A DNA stretch of 54,495 bases, counting the filler, from Bipalium vagum (Eukaryota), in assembly GCA_037834085.1 (NCBI GenBank). It is 3 parts of 3 records of this genome, joined end to end, with 100 filler letters (N's around TTAATTAATTAA, not from the genome) between each part and the next. Parts side by side here need not be neighbours in the genome. Positions count along the whole stretch, not along the records: positions 1 to 20,236 come from JBBMKC010257261.1; positions 20,337 to 36,222 come from JBBMKC010131181.1; 1 more part is not named here. One strand, given 5' to 3'. A model generated the notes under the pieces. It ran no database searches and had not been told where the DNA came from. It worked only from the letters and a program-made list of their open reading frames with translations. The position numbers and the translations under genes were made by a program. Shown here one piece after another: positions 14,301-25,074 of the stretch (positions are counted from its first letter, which is position 1; each line of letters opens with the position of its first letter).

Positions 14301-14442
14301 CATTCCAGATATCCCTTATAATCTTCAAGTGAAAATGAGGAGAGAAAACTATCTAGCTAACCAAGCTTTATTGAAATCTAAAAAAGTTGATAAAATATTT
14401 ATTGAATTTTTTTTATTTCACCAACAAGACTTCATTCAGTAA
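2147..14442 (+). CDS. ANO7: Anoctamin-7-like (TMEM16) Ca2+-activated channel/scramblase, 3' ten exons; 5' part outside window
   Basis: Exons 2147-2313, 2395-2615, 5315-5510, 5558-5669, 11382-11534, 13000-13145, 13193-13398, 13599-13732, 13822-13912 and 14263-14442 join through GT-AG introns with consistent phases. Motifs: [127 protein letters not shown]. These most resemble ANO7 as I recall it. Confidence 0.93.
2395..2615 (+). CDS. ANO7: Anoctamin exon ([11 protein letters not shown]...[12 protein letters not shown])
   Basis: tgtag acceptor, gtgaga donor, FLExWKR and RPRPEY motifs. Confidence 0.92.
4165..4870 (+). mobile_element. Highly degraded mariner in anoctamin intron
   Basis: MDKIQLRA start, FQRFRD.HES, and SQWLD...F.KP traces. 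Confidence 0.6.
5315..5669 (+). CDS. ANO7: Anoctamin exons 5315-5510 and 5558-5669 (47-nt intron between)
   Basis: [16 protein letters not shown]...LTQW|[11 protein letters not shown]...YIAFFKGK; canonical splice sites. Confidence 0.92.
6310..7166 (+). mobile_element. Degraded mariner in anoctamin intron
   Basis: [15 protein letters not shown]...[17 protein letters not shown] (HDNARPH/YSPDLAPSDYHLF); [10 protein letters not shown] tail. Confidence 0.8.
9038..10115 (+). mobile_element. DD39D-like ('plant mariner' type) transposase pseudogene in anoctamin intron
   Basis: N-terminal HTH region; PKIMI..IAKP, NGLIGIW, PH...[21 protein letters not shown] and EIIKQKG...VSH are colinear with KVMFL.AVARP, DGKIGIW, QPPNSPDLNVLDLGFF, TIDEL and EIMK..G.N.Y.IPH. 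Confidence 0.7.
10935..11320 (-). mobile_element. rosa/maT-like Tc1-mariner remnant
   Basis: Minus translation [13 protein letters not shown]...CPNLTPL resembles FPGRWIGRGGP..WPPRSPDLTPL. Confidence 0.55.
11382..11534 (+). CDS. ANO7: Anoctamin exon (FNGYPGNY...[31 protein letters not shown])
   Basis: Absent from the ORF track; manual translation gives conserved GYPGNY, ExC..G.CL.EL and GKQ motifs; phase fits both neighbours. Confidence 0.9.
12345..12830 (+). mobile_element. Eroded Tc1/maT-like transposase N-terminal remnant
   Basis: [10 protein letters not shown]...[14 protein letters not shown] resembles a paired-like HTH; weak. Confidence 0.35.
13000..13398 (+). CDS. ANO7: Anoctamin exons 13000-13145 and 13193-13398 (Ca2+-binding EEYLEM and NNWVEIRLD)
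   Basis: [16 protein letters not shown]|[18 protein letters not shown]...RAQDIGKW...SVISN; 47-nt intron. Confidence 0.93.
13599..14442 (+). CDS. ANO7: Anoctamin terminal exons 13599-13732, 13822-13912, 14263-14442
   Basis: [13 protein letters not shown]...GYVNFTLS...CR|YRAFR...IIFE|HVVF...IPDIP...RRENYLA; the exact stop is ambiguous (see findings). Confidence 0.88.
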
Positions 14443-14892
14443 TTCATAGATTTAAAACAAAATATTATAATTTCTGTTAATTCTTTTAACAAAATAAAAA
14501 ACTCAAAATTGTTTTATTATCCTCATTGAAATTGGATAATTATTTCTCAGTGGTTAATAATAAAAATTGAATTATTAAATGAATTTATTAACGAAAAACA
14601 ATAAATAGCTTTAGAAGTTTTTTTATTCATATAAGCTATTCATATAAAAAATTCTGAAAAACATATATAAAAAAAGAACTCATATTTTCAAAATTAATTG
14701 ATTTTCAAAACAAAAATTTAGGAAAAAGTAATGTATTTTTTCAAACATGTCCTTTATTAACAGAGTAAAAAGGAATTTTAAAATTAGTTTTGAAAATTAG
14801 ACACTATTTCTAATGTAAGAAATTATTTTTATTGATTTATAGTAATTATTGTCTTTACCTGAGATCAATAAATCAATAAAATCTTTATTGTA

Positions 14893-15846
14893 TTAGGTTG
14901 GTAAGAAAATAATTTCGTTTTTATGTATTCAAACTTGACAACTGATTTTATGAGCATATTTGTTTAAACGCATTAATTTATTTACCATTTGATAGAGCAG
15001 AAATTTTGTCCATTTTCATGGGATTTACTTTATTATTACTAATTTCTAATTATTTGTGGTGGCCATGTTAGAAAAATGCCAATTACAAGAAATTGCACTT
15101 TTGGAGTCACACAATAATTCTAAACTATCTCCACCAACTTAGGAAAACATTAAAGTTTGGCAAATAGAAGCCTCAATTGAATGCTTTTCAGGAAAACCAT
15201 CGCTATGAAGTATGTTCCATATTTTGTTGAACAATAACAACAGCCCATGATGATCACAGTGACTGAACATTGGCGAAACTCAAGATCAATTTGCAAACTC
15301 AAGGTTATACCAAAAGAAGACCATGGTTTCGTTTTGGTAGTCCACGATCGCTCTGATGCACTACAGTTTCTTAAATCAAAGAGAAAATGTGATATGAGAT
15401 AAAAAATTAAATCAAAGAAATGAGCAGAAAATTTCAATCTTTATGCTCAGTATTATTCAATTGAAAACACCCAATAACTATCGATAACAATGCCGGGCCA
15501 TACGTTGCAAAACAATCCCTGCAGAATGATTTGTGACATGAAATCCTGCCTTATCCAGCATATTTTCCATCTTTTTCGTCTGCTTACTCTTGTTTTTTTA
15601 ACATCTTTTGTACTTCCTGCAACAGAAAAATTTCTATAACAACAGTGCTGTTCAGAATTCATTTCGTTATCTTATATATTTCAGAAGACCAAACTTCTAG
15701 ATCATTGGAATAAATAAACTCATTTTGCGTTGGAAGAAGTATTTTGCTTGACATGCCTCGAGTTTTGATTAAAACACTTTCTTCTCGTCTGAGAATCTAA
15801 TAATATATTACAGGTTAAAAACGAAATTATTTTCTTACCAATCTTA
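14893..15846 (+). mobile_element. Degraded mariner with both TIRs
   Basis: TIRs TTAGGTTGGTAAGAAAATAATTTCGTTTTT / AAAAACGAAATTATTTTCTTACCAATCTTA with TA flanks; internal QKKTMVSFW and DNNAGPYVAK traces. Confidence 0.85.
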
Positions 15847-16462
15847 TAACACAAAATAATTAGTGGCTTTTTAAAAAGTCAATGTTTCTCGATTTAATTT
15901 TGACTATTGATTTTATTTATGTTTTGACATTTGTTACACACTGAAATATCTAAAAAAATTAGCTCAAAGCGTGTTAATAAAGATTTTCAATAATAAAATC
16001 TCTAAAAAATAATTTTGGTGAATTTTGTTTTTTTCTCATATTTCTCAGTAAATATATTATATTAATTATATATGTATTATTATATATATTGATTATATAT
16101 AAACATAAAAACACAATTTAATAATTTTTAATAAGATATTTTAAGTACTGTCTGAATTTTTTTTATAAATGTTTTTTGATACTTAAGTAAAAATATTAAA
16201 ATATTTTTTATTTTAATCTTTAGAAAACGGACAAAATGAATGCCTCTGCTGTTGCATAAGAAGTATTTTTGAACATGAAATTTTCCTTATATTTTCTTCT
16301 ATTTACAAATAAATCTTTATTAACGACTTTTACTTTATAAATATCAATTATATATAATTTGTTACACAGTGAATCATAATATTAAAACAAATATCTGATG
16401 ACCTTTGATTCTATCACTTGACGACGTTTCATGTAATTATATTAACTAAGAATCAATTTGCA

Positions 16463-17806
16463 ATGCCTGAATATCTATTTATCTACGACCATAATATTCT
16501 TCAAGGAAAAGAGGATTCCAACTTTGATCCAACTGAAGCCATTCTATTCTTTTATCCTTCATCGACTTCATTGGATTTTCAACATTCACTATGTTCTTAT
16601 ACTATGGGATTTTGTCAAATTTTATCAAATTTGTTCCAATCTTCTCCAAAGGTGCTTCATATGGACTCCGGTGCCAAAGTAGCATGCATTCATGAACCAT
16701 ATTTGGGTTTGGTTAGGAAAAGCGAATCTCGTATTATAACGTTTGCTCTATATTCAGATGATAATGTTTCTGATCATTTACATGAAAAATGTACTTTACT
16801 TTACGAATCATTTATTTTCTACACTAAAAAATGCTTATCATGTTTGTTTCAAACCCAGAAAAGTAAAGATAACTATATTCACAATATCATCAGCAGACTG
16901 ATGAGTCTGATAAATCACAGGAGTAAATTGTCTTCGATATTTAATACTTCTCTTTATTGCAATGATGATAAAAAATGTCAGATTTTCGATCCGATTGTTT
17001 ATCAAACAATGATCAGTATTGTTGATTCTTTGCAGAGAGAGGCCAGTGACTTCAAAATCTCAGTCTTGGGAGGATGCTTGTTTTACAAGAAATGTTTGAT
17101 AATGAATCAGTTTACCGTTGAGGTTTCCAATTTATTCTGTCTCTTGATTGATTGTCTGAACAATGACTTGGTTAAGACCAGTAAGGAAACCTTTGCTTCT
17201 ATTAAGCATGTTCAAGTGGATACTGAAGATCTACAAACCAGAAATGGAGTATTCATATTTAAAATTTGTGTCACCCAAAAAACATACAAAGACATCGTTA
17301 ACTCTTCTCAAACCATTTCCCGTTCTTCCAATGATTGTTGTTGTAATACAGAATCTTTTCAATATCTCCATCTGTATCTTGAACATCATTCTAACATGAC
17401 TATAATATTTCTTATAGATGAACCGGATTTCAATAAAATTAGCAAGGATTTACTTAAAATATTCAGTAGTCTTTGCTTTCAAACCCTTGGTGATATTGAA
17501 GCAAATATTGAGACCACTATATCTGATACAGATAATACGAATGAATATAAGAAATTTAATACAAATATGAATGTGTGGAATATTAAATATGACGAGAGTG
17601 ATAGAACAATTAGCACTTCCAGCATTTGTAATGGATCAAACATTTCACCGGATTGGGAAGAATGGCTTACAAAACGGGTCAGTGTACTTCATGAAAATTT
17701 GGAAAAGGAGAAGTCTATTCAAGAAATAAACATAAAACTTAAAAAAGAAACTCTGTCAGCTATCAGAATTGGTGGATATGAAATATATACAATGAAAACC
17801 AATTGA
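16463..17806 (+). CDS. HPS4: HPS4-like (BLOC-3 subunit; CCZ1/INTU/HPS4 longin-domain family), single exon, ~447 aa
   Basis: Only long intact ORF; first ATG at 16463. The N-terminus YLFIYD...EDSNFDPTEAILFFYPSSTSLDFQHSLC matches the HPS4 first longin motif, and VLGGCLFYKKCLIMNQF matches the second longin. AATAAA at ~17827. Confidence 0.75.
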   Translation: MPEYLFIYDHNILQGKEDSNFDPTEAILFFYPSSTSLDFQHSLCSYTMGFCQILSNLFQSSPKVLHMDSGAKVACIHEPYLGLVRKSESRIITFALYSDDNVSDHLHEKCTLLYESFIFYTKKCLSCLFQTQKSKDNYIHNIISRLMSLINHRSKLSSIFNTSLYCNDDKKCQIFDPIVYQTMISIVDSLQREASDFKISVLGGCLFYKKCLIMNQFTVEVSNLFCLLIDCLNNDLVKTSKETFASIKHVQVDTEDLQTRNGVFIFKICVTQKTYKDIVNSSQTISRSSNDCCCNTESFQYLHLYLEHHSNMTIIFLIDEPDFNKISKDLLKIFSSLCFQTLGDIEANIETTISDTDNTNEYKKFNTNMNVWNIKYDESDRTISTSSICNGSNISPDWEEWLTKRVSVLHENLEKEKSIQEINIKLKKETLSAIRIGGYEIYTMKTN

Positions 17807-19079
17807 ACTGTGACATATTTGAGTTCAATAAAATAATATTTATTAATTATTTTCATTTTTGTGAAAAGAAATAAAAAGTTTAGTTTTGTGAATTTAGTCT
17901 TCTGATTCGTCTGGACTTCATATTATGAAAAAGGAGTAATAGATAAAAAATTTAGAAAATCAGTACATAACCATATAAATATTTTTAGATATTTTATTAC
18001 TTTTCATATTAATTTTTTTTAAAAACTAATGGTAATCAGACAACATATCTCTATTGGTGATATTTTAAGAGTTGGTTATACAATAAAATAGAACTTTGGA
18101 TCAATATTTTGGAAACTCTTACCATTTTTCAAGAACTTCCGAACAAAAGTGTCAAAAAAATGATAAAGGATTCCATATTAAGAAAAAAAAGGATAAAAAG
18201 CCAAGGAAAAAGGATGTGGTGAATTACATATTGAATTTTCATATTAATCACCTATGTTCATTTAACTCACGCTAAAATTTATTAAACTTCAACTCAAAAT
18301 CATAAAGAAGTCATTATTAATCACTTAACACGTCACGATCAAAAGGCAACATCTCTCTGAACTTCATTCATAATCTTGTTATATTCCACTAAAAATGACC
18401 AATTATTTCCCGTTCACATGTGTCACTCAATACAATAATAACGAAAATAACAATAATAATAAAGGTAATAAAGAAGTCGATTAAAATTGAAAAAGATAAT
18501 TTAATGTGAATTGAATCATAATAAATAAATTATACAGCAATTTGATTAATCAATCATTAGAAAAAATAAAATTAATGAAAGAAACAAAGAAAAAACAAAA
18601 AAGAAACGTTTTTCACCTGTCAGCCAGAAGAGTTTTTTTTATCGCTGACCTAGTTCGGCGGAATCCAAGTGCAACAACTCATAATTCAATACTTCCTTTA
18701 AATAATATATATATATATATAATTTAATATTTTTACGTTTTCATTTAAAATAATTTTGTAAATAATAAAATTTCTTCCTCTGTTTTTAAAGCTTTTTTTG
18801 TCTCCTCCTTTTCAGCTCAATGAGCTCACCAGTTGGTTACCGTACACTAATTGGATTTTCCAGATTTGAAAAACTACGAATAACTGAGGTAGCATTCGTT
18901 GCCTTTTAAAACCTAACCAGGGCTTTTATCTCTGGAAACTCATAAGGAGTAAAAAATAATGATCAAAAAACCCTATCATTTTATTTTAAGATCTTTTGTG
19001 AAAAATAATATCGATTTATTTGTGATTACATATAAATATTATTACATTTTATTATGTATTACATTGAATGTTCTATGAT

Positions 19080-19330
19080 ACATCAATGAAATTCTGAGAT
19101 GGCATTATGTTTATTAATGAAAACACTTTCAGGCAGAATTTTCAACAAGTCAAAGCAGGACAGCATACCATTACGTTAATAGCAAAGTTTTGGCAAGAAT
19201 CAGAAGTGGAAACAATAATTTGAACATATTCACTAGATTTATCTCCTATTGAACATTTGCGAGATACCATAAGAGGTATGTGCTCCAAAATTTTGACCAT
19301 TATTAATGAAATGGGATACCAAATATTTTG
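19080..19330 (+). mobile_element. Tc1 (DD34E) catalytic-domain remnant
   Basis: NFQQVKAGQHT (FQQDNAxxHT) and SLDLSPIEHL (SPDLxPIEHLW). Confidence 0.6.
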
Positions 19331-20236
19331 AATTTTATGCCGTACAAAAAAGATATATTTAATCTTTAATGTAATATTTTAATTACCGTCTTTATTTATT
19401 TTATGTATATTAATGAAGTAATAGAAAATTTCAGTTTAACAATATTTTTTAAAAAATAAAAGCGGAATATCGAAAAAACTATTGTTTGCCTTCTTTATAA
19501 AATAATAATATCTTAATTGGCAATATGAGCAGTTTTAATTAACATTTTATAATTTAAGTCTTTAATATTTATAAAGAAATATAAATTTTTCTCTGAATAT
19601 TTATTATACGTTAACATTTTAAAGCCATTACTTTATTGGGAAACATGCTTAATATATAATGCAATTTTATTTGTAAAATAAATTATTTATTTCGATTTCC
19701 ATAGCGAGTGATTTCCGATTGAGGTAATAGAAAAAAGAATCTGTCGTCTTGTCGATCTCGATCCATCTAAAGTCAAAAATAATGATAAAAATAAAAAATT
19801 TTGAACTTGAAAAAGGAAATTGAAATAATTAAAAATAATAATTAATTTAAATCTCCAGAAAATATGGCTCACAAATTATTAAATTAATTGGGATTTATGT
19901 TGAAAAAAGTCTTTACTTGTTATATTTAACTGTTAAAATAAAATTCGATATCTTTCGAAAATATAATTGGTTTAAAAATATTTCTACAAACTCATATAAT
20001 ATTTGAAAACAGCATAAATCATGTGAAAATTTCGATTAAAATATAATAATTAATTTTATTCCAATGAAAATTTGAATAAAAAATAATACTGCCTCTCTCT
20101 GTTCAGAAATGATTGTCCGTTTTGAGCATTTTATTAAATAAACAAATATTTACAATTGTAATAACAGATTTTCAACGCCAGGTAATAACATTATTTAAGA
20201 AAGAAAACCCAACTTTGGGTCATACAAAATGTTCAA

Positions 20237-20336
20237 NNNNNNNNNNNNNNNNNNNNNNNNNNNNNNNNNNNNNNNNNNNNTTAATTAATTAANNNNNNNN
20301 NNNNNNNNNNNNNNNNNNNNNNNNNNNNNNNNNNNN
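20237..20336. other. Assembly gap with artificial TTAATTAATTAA linker
   Basis: 44 N + TTAATTAATTAA + 44 N. Confidence 0.95.
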
Positions 20337-20429
20337 AAGTCCTTCTGATTATAATACGAGCCACGTTAAGTTTTGTAAGCGTAATAATTTAAATCAATCC
20401 ATCTTTTCTATACCAATTCAAAACTTAAC

Positions 20430-21400
20430 AAATACACTTAGTCCAACGAGACACAATTTACTTTATGCAACTATCATAAAATGTGTTCTGAAAGCGATGA
20501 AATCGTTGAAGATATTTTTGGCGTCCTCTTCGTTTCTGAAACTTCTATCCTGTAAGAAGTGATCCAAATGTTTGAAGAAATGGTAGACTGTTGGCGAAAG
20601 GTCTGGTGAGTATGCTGGATGTGGCAGGATTTCGTAGCTCAACTTGTTCAATTTTTGTAGGGTCAATTGTGCGACATGTGGCCGATCATTGTCGTGCAAT
20701 AGAATAGCTCTCATTCTATCGACCAAAGCTGGATTATGCTCTTGAAGTTTCAAGTGCATTTCTTCAATTTGCTTACAGTATAACTCTGCCGTAACAGCTT
20801 CTCCTGGTTTCAAGAAGCTGTGATGAATTAGATCACGTGCCGTCACCATCAGTTTCTTTTGTGTAACTTCGGCTTTGCAAAATGCTTCGGAGTTTGATCG
20901 TGGTCCAACCATTGAGCTGACCGCCGTCTGTTGTCGTACATTATCCACTTCTCATCAGTCGTCACAATCCGGTCGAGAAAAGGATCATTACTGTTGCGCA
21001 AAATGTGAAAAGACGCAAGTTCAAACCGTCGATTTTTCTGATTTTCGTTTAGGTCGTGTGGAACCATCTTGTCGAGCTTTTTGGACTTCCAAATTTCTTT
21101 CAGATGGTACGTGGATTCGCCTCCACCAATGCTTTAAATTCGTCATTATTGATTGAACTCCTTCGACCACAACCCTCTTTATCTTCGAGTGTCTCGTTTC
21201 CTTCGCTAAATCTTTTGAACCAATGTTGTATGATGCATTTGGTAGTCGCTCCTTTGCCAAAAGCTAGGTTGATATTCCGACTTGCTTCTGATGCTCTGTG
21301 ACTCAGCTTAAATTCATATAAGTAAATTGTAGCTAATTAATTTTTTTCCATATTACCAAAAACGTTAATAATAACGTTAATATTAATAATAAATGATCAT
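20430..21400 (-). mobile_element. Mariner transposase pseudogene, same family as 47307-48374
   Basis: VPHDLNENQK, IVTTDEKWIMYDN, LHDNDRPH, HPAYSPDLSPT; frameshifts and internal deletions. Confidence 0.93.
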
Positions 21401-21449
21401 ATGTTTCTTGTTTAAAACATTTTAATTTTACCTCACTAAATTTCTATCC

Positions 21450-21990
21450 ACAATTCCAACTTAATCCTGAAGACAAATATGATTACTATTAAATTCTCTA
21501 ATAGAAAATATATTCATATTTTTACATAATACATAATGATTATTATGTAATAACAAATTATATTTTCTTTCTTCTATAGTTGGATAGGCTATAAAATGTT
21601 CAATATGGATTGGTGAAATTTTTTTTCATTTGCACTCTTCTGATAAATCAAATACATTTACACTAATAATATTTTGATTATTCAATTATTTTGATATCTT
21701 CTATTTTCGTTGAAAAATTTATGATATTTAAATTCAATTGATTTATATATGAACATAATTTTTTATTATATCACTATGAGTTTCTGCAGTATGTAGTTAA
21801 GCAATAACAGAATAAACAAAACATTTTATACTGGTCGACATAATTATTTATACTTATTGTTTCTTTAAGTGAATTTATCTCAATTAAGGAATTTGCTGTT
21901 GGTTCAATTTAAAAAATATGTCTGTTATTATCTTCTCGGTACTGATATATATATTTTTGAATTGGAAATATATTATTTTTAAAATTATTT
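21450..21990 (-). pseudogene. Second, more eroded pPolB N-terminal-like region
   Basis: Blocks ..YKMF/KCF.., TKIEDIK..QNIISVNVFDL, YNLLLHNNHYVLCKNMNIF, HICLQD resemble the FP..I.KFE.QN.ISVNVF / LLL..HY..IKN motifs. Confidence 0.55.
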
Positions 21991-22079
21991 TGTAATTTTG
22001 ATTATCAATAATGAAATAAAGGACATAATTTTTTATACAACTACATTATCTTATGAGAAGAAAAGAAATGCGAGCTTAA

Positions 22080-22860
22080 TTAATCATATTTCCTTTTTTA
22101 ATCAACACATTCTATATATTTTGATCAGAATAAATCTGGATAATTTGATTTAATATAAATTCCAAAACACATAATTTCTTGTTTAAATACTTTTTCGTGT
22201 GTTAATGAAAGATCATTTAAAAATTTTTCTTGTTCATCTTTTGTATATTTTTTATTTCCACTAATATCATAAGCTTCAAAATCTACATATATTGAAAATG
22301 GAACTTTATTTTTATAATTAAAATTTATTGAATTTTAAATATTCTTTTTCAGGAAAAGTTTTTTTGTTGGTTTATGTTGTCTACAATCTAAATTGAAATG
22401 TTTTTTAATGTACTTAAAGTTTGAAAAGAACATAAACAATTTAAACAGGGGAATGATTTCTGTTTATTTGTTTAATTCAGAAAAGTTGGAGCATCTTCAC
22501 ATAATACAAAATGATAAACATCTCCGGAAAAAAAGAATAATTTTCTTTAATGAATAAAATTTCAATAATCATCTTTTAATGTAATTGGTTTCCAATTTAA
22601 ATGTTCTATATGAATTAGTTTTATTTCTCTATATTCATCAACTAAATTTATAGAAAAAAATTAATATCATCCAAATTTATAATTTTTAAATATTGATAGT
22701 AATTATGAGGAAATTCTGGATTGTTTTCCACAGGAAACATTGAAGCTAATGCAGATCAAACAAAACAATAATGATCTTCATTTTTAATATTAAGTGTAGA
22801 TTTTGAATCAAAATTTAATTCAATATAACCTCCTGCTGCAGATGTTCGGAACGGTAAATA
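22080..22860 (-). pseudogene. Protein-primed family B DNA polymerase (pPolB) N-terminal region to ExoI, disrupted and truncated
   Basis: GGYIELNFDSKSTLNIKNEDHYCFV*SALASMFP; FPCLNCLCSF...HFNLDC; YKNKVPFSIYVDFEA (ExoI DxE), as in Polinton polymerases (SYI.LP..INIKN.D..CF.W; CxxCL; PFVVYADFE). Confidence 0.78.
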
Positions 22861-23923
22861 AAATAGGATAAATGAAAACAAATTGAATCGAATACAAATA
22901 TTTTTATTTGTAAAAATGTGATTTTACAAGGGGAGGTTAAACGGGAATCCTTAAATCCTTACACAGTTACCCTGTAATCTGTGGCAAGGCCCTGAGATGA
23001 TTTACCAACCCTAACTGTTGTGTAAATCACAAACAAAAAGAGAAATATGAAAGATGAGAAAACAAAAAATGAAGATAATCCTATAAAATAGTGATTATCG
23101 GAAAAATTGTGGATTTTAAGATAAGTTTAAATAATCTGTGAAAACTGTAATAGTTTATTAGATATGATAAATAATGAAATAATAGTGAAGGTATTAAGAA
23201 TTCGTCTTTGAATGTCGATTGGATTTTCGTATTTGGTTATCGTTTCAGGTTCCGTCTGTGGGTTTGAATTCGAATTTAATTGTGAATTTTTCTGTCTATG
23301 AATTGCGTAGTCTCCGAATTATTCTGTCTCTATATTGTCCTGAATCTAAATTGTTTTGGTCGCTCGTGCTTAAATAGTTTGATTTTAGACTTGTTGATAG
23401 GAACTGTTATTGTCATCACGACTGTGTTGTTTTTGTACCAAAGGTTTTGTGTCTCTGTTTTTGTTTTCAAGCTGACCTTTTATATTGTATTTTCTTAGGT
23501 TATTTCTATTTTTGTATTTTAATTATTTCCTTTTTTCGTTGGTTGTTTTAAATTATTTCCATATTTATATTTGTATAATATATTTTTTGCTAGATTTCTA
23601 TTTTTAGAAACCTAGTATTTTCTGATTTTAATTTTATGTATAATTGTTTGTTTTCAATATATTTTCTTTAATTAATAATTAATTATTAATAGTAATAATA
23701 ATAATAATAATTGTTAGGTCTTAATTTTTTATCTGATCTTTAAAGATTCTCATTTTTACAATTGAATTCAGATAAAGGAAAATACTTTTAATACCTTTAT
23801 TCAAATCAAAATCAAAAATGTTAGGATCAAAAATTGTCAAAAATTTTTTAATTTCTCTTGAGTCTCCACGATATAAAAATATTTTACTTCAAATTCTCTT
23901 AACTTTTAGTTTCAATGTCAGCT

Positions 23924-25050
23924 TCAGCTGCAAGACTTTGTCTCGACATTAAATATTTTTCCTCCTTTTAATTTTATTTCCATAAATTGTTCTTGTAATA
24001 GAACAACATTTATTTTTCCTAAAGTTTTTTTATCTTTTACAATATGTGGTTACAACTGCTCCATTAATACATAAATTTTCTGGTTGATCTTTTAAATCAA
24101 AACAAAATATAGAATATAAATTTTGAAATTCTAATAAACTTAATTGAGGATCAGAAGTATAACTTCCAAGAGTTCTGCTTTCATATTTAAAATATTTGCA
24201 AGCTTTTACATAATTCGAAAATGTTCGATTTTTTTTTCTTTTTCAAATTGAATTGTATTTAAAGGATAATAAGAATTATTAACTTGAATTCTTAAATATT
24301 TTATTTTATCTTGAATAAAAAAATATTTTTTCATAAAATCAAATTAAGCTTCTCTAAAAGCTATAAAAATATAAATTGGTTTATTTGGGATATTAGATAA
24401 TTGTAAAGTTTGAGTTGTTCCTTCAGTAAGATTTCTTTCCTCACAGTGTCTCAATAAGAAGTTTACATTTATAGATTTTCCATCACCTATTCTTGATACT
24501 AATTTTAATTCAGATGAAGGATTTAAAGTTAATTCATGGATGAATAGTTTTAAATCAATTAATTTTATTTTAGCTTCTCCTTTTGTTCCATAAAATATTT
24601 CTTTATCAATATCTATTCTTCGAGTAAATGTTAATTCTCCTTACATATTATAAATAACTCTATTATAAAATTTTAAAAATCCAAATATAAATTTTAATGA
24701 AAAATCACCAGTAAATTTGGAAGCTTTGCTTCCGAGAGCTCCGCTCGTATTATTTGAATATAATTGTTTTCTTTTTATATACTTTATTGTCCTTAGTTTC
24801 ATCTTCTTTAATTTTATCTGGAATCTACCCAAATATTTCTCCATCATTATTTTATCAATCACTATAAAATTTGTAATTGAATTCAAATAATATTCTATTT
24901 TTTACTTCAGTTGATCCTAATTTTAAAATTGCATTTGAAAATAAATAAGGAAAGAAATTATTTTGTAAAATAATATTTTCATCCAATTTTACATCTTCAA
25001 TTTCAATTTCAAAAACAACTACTGCTTCTGAAAGTTCTAAAGCATAAAGA
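23924..25050 (-). pseudogene. Double-jelly-roll major capsid protein pseudogene (Polinton/adintovirus type)
   Basis: Translated blocks: ILQNNFFPYLFSNAILKLGSTEV; FSLKFIFGFLKFYNRVIYNM*GELTFTRR; LKLFIHELTLNPSSELKLVSRIGDGKSINVNF...NKPIYIFIAFRE; IQVNNSYYP; LEFQNLYSIFCFDLKDQPE. They are colinear with invertebrate Polinton capsid motifs. Confidence 0.78.
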
Positions 25051-25074
25051 ATGATTTTAAAAAATATTTTTTAA

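Noticed and set aside
16418-16462. ORF-track start of the 462-aa ORF
   Set aside because: It is a TTG start; the first ATG at 16463 coincides with the start of HPS4 similarity.
20281-20292. TTAATTAATTAA palindrome inside N runs (also 36267-36278)
   Set aside because: Identical 44N-linker-44N layout at two sites indicates an artificial all-frame-stop scaffolding spacer.
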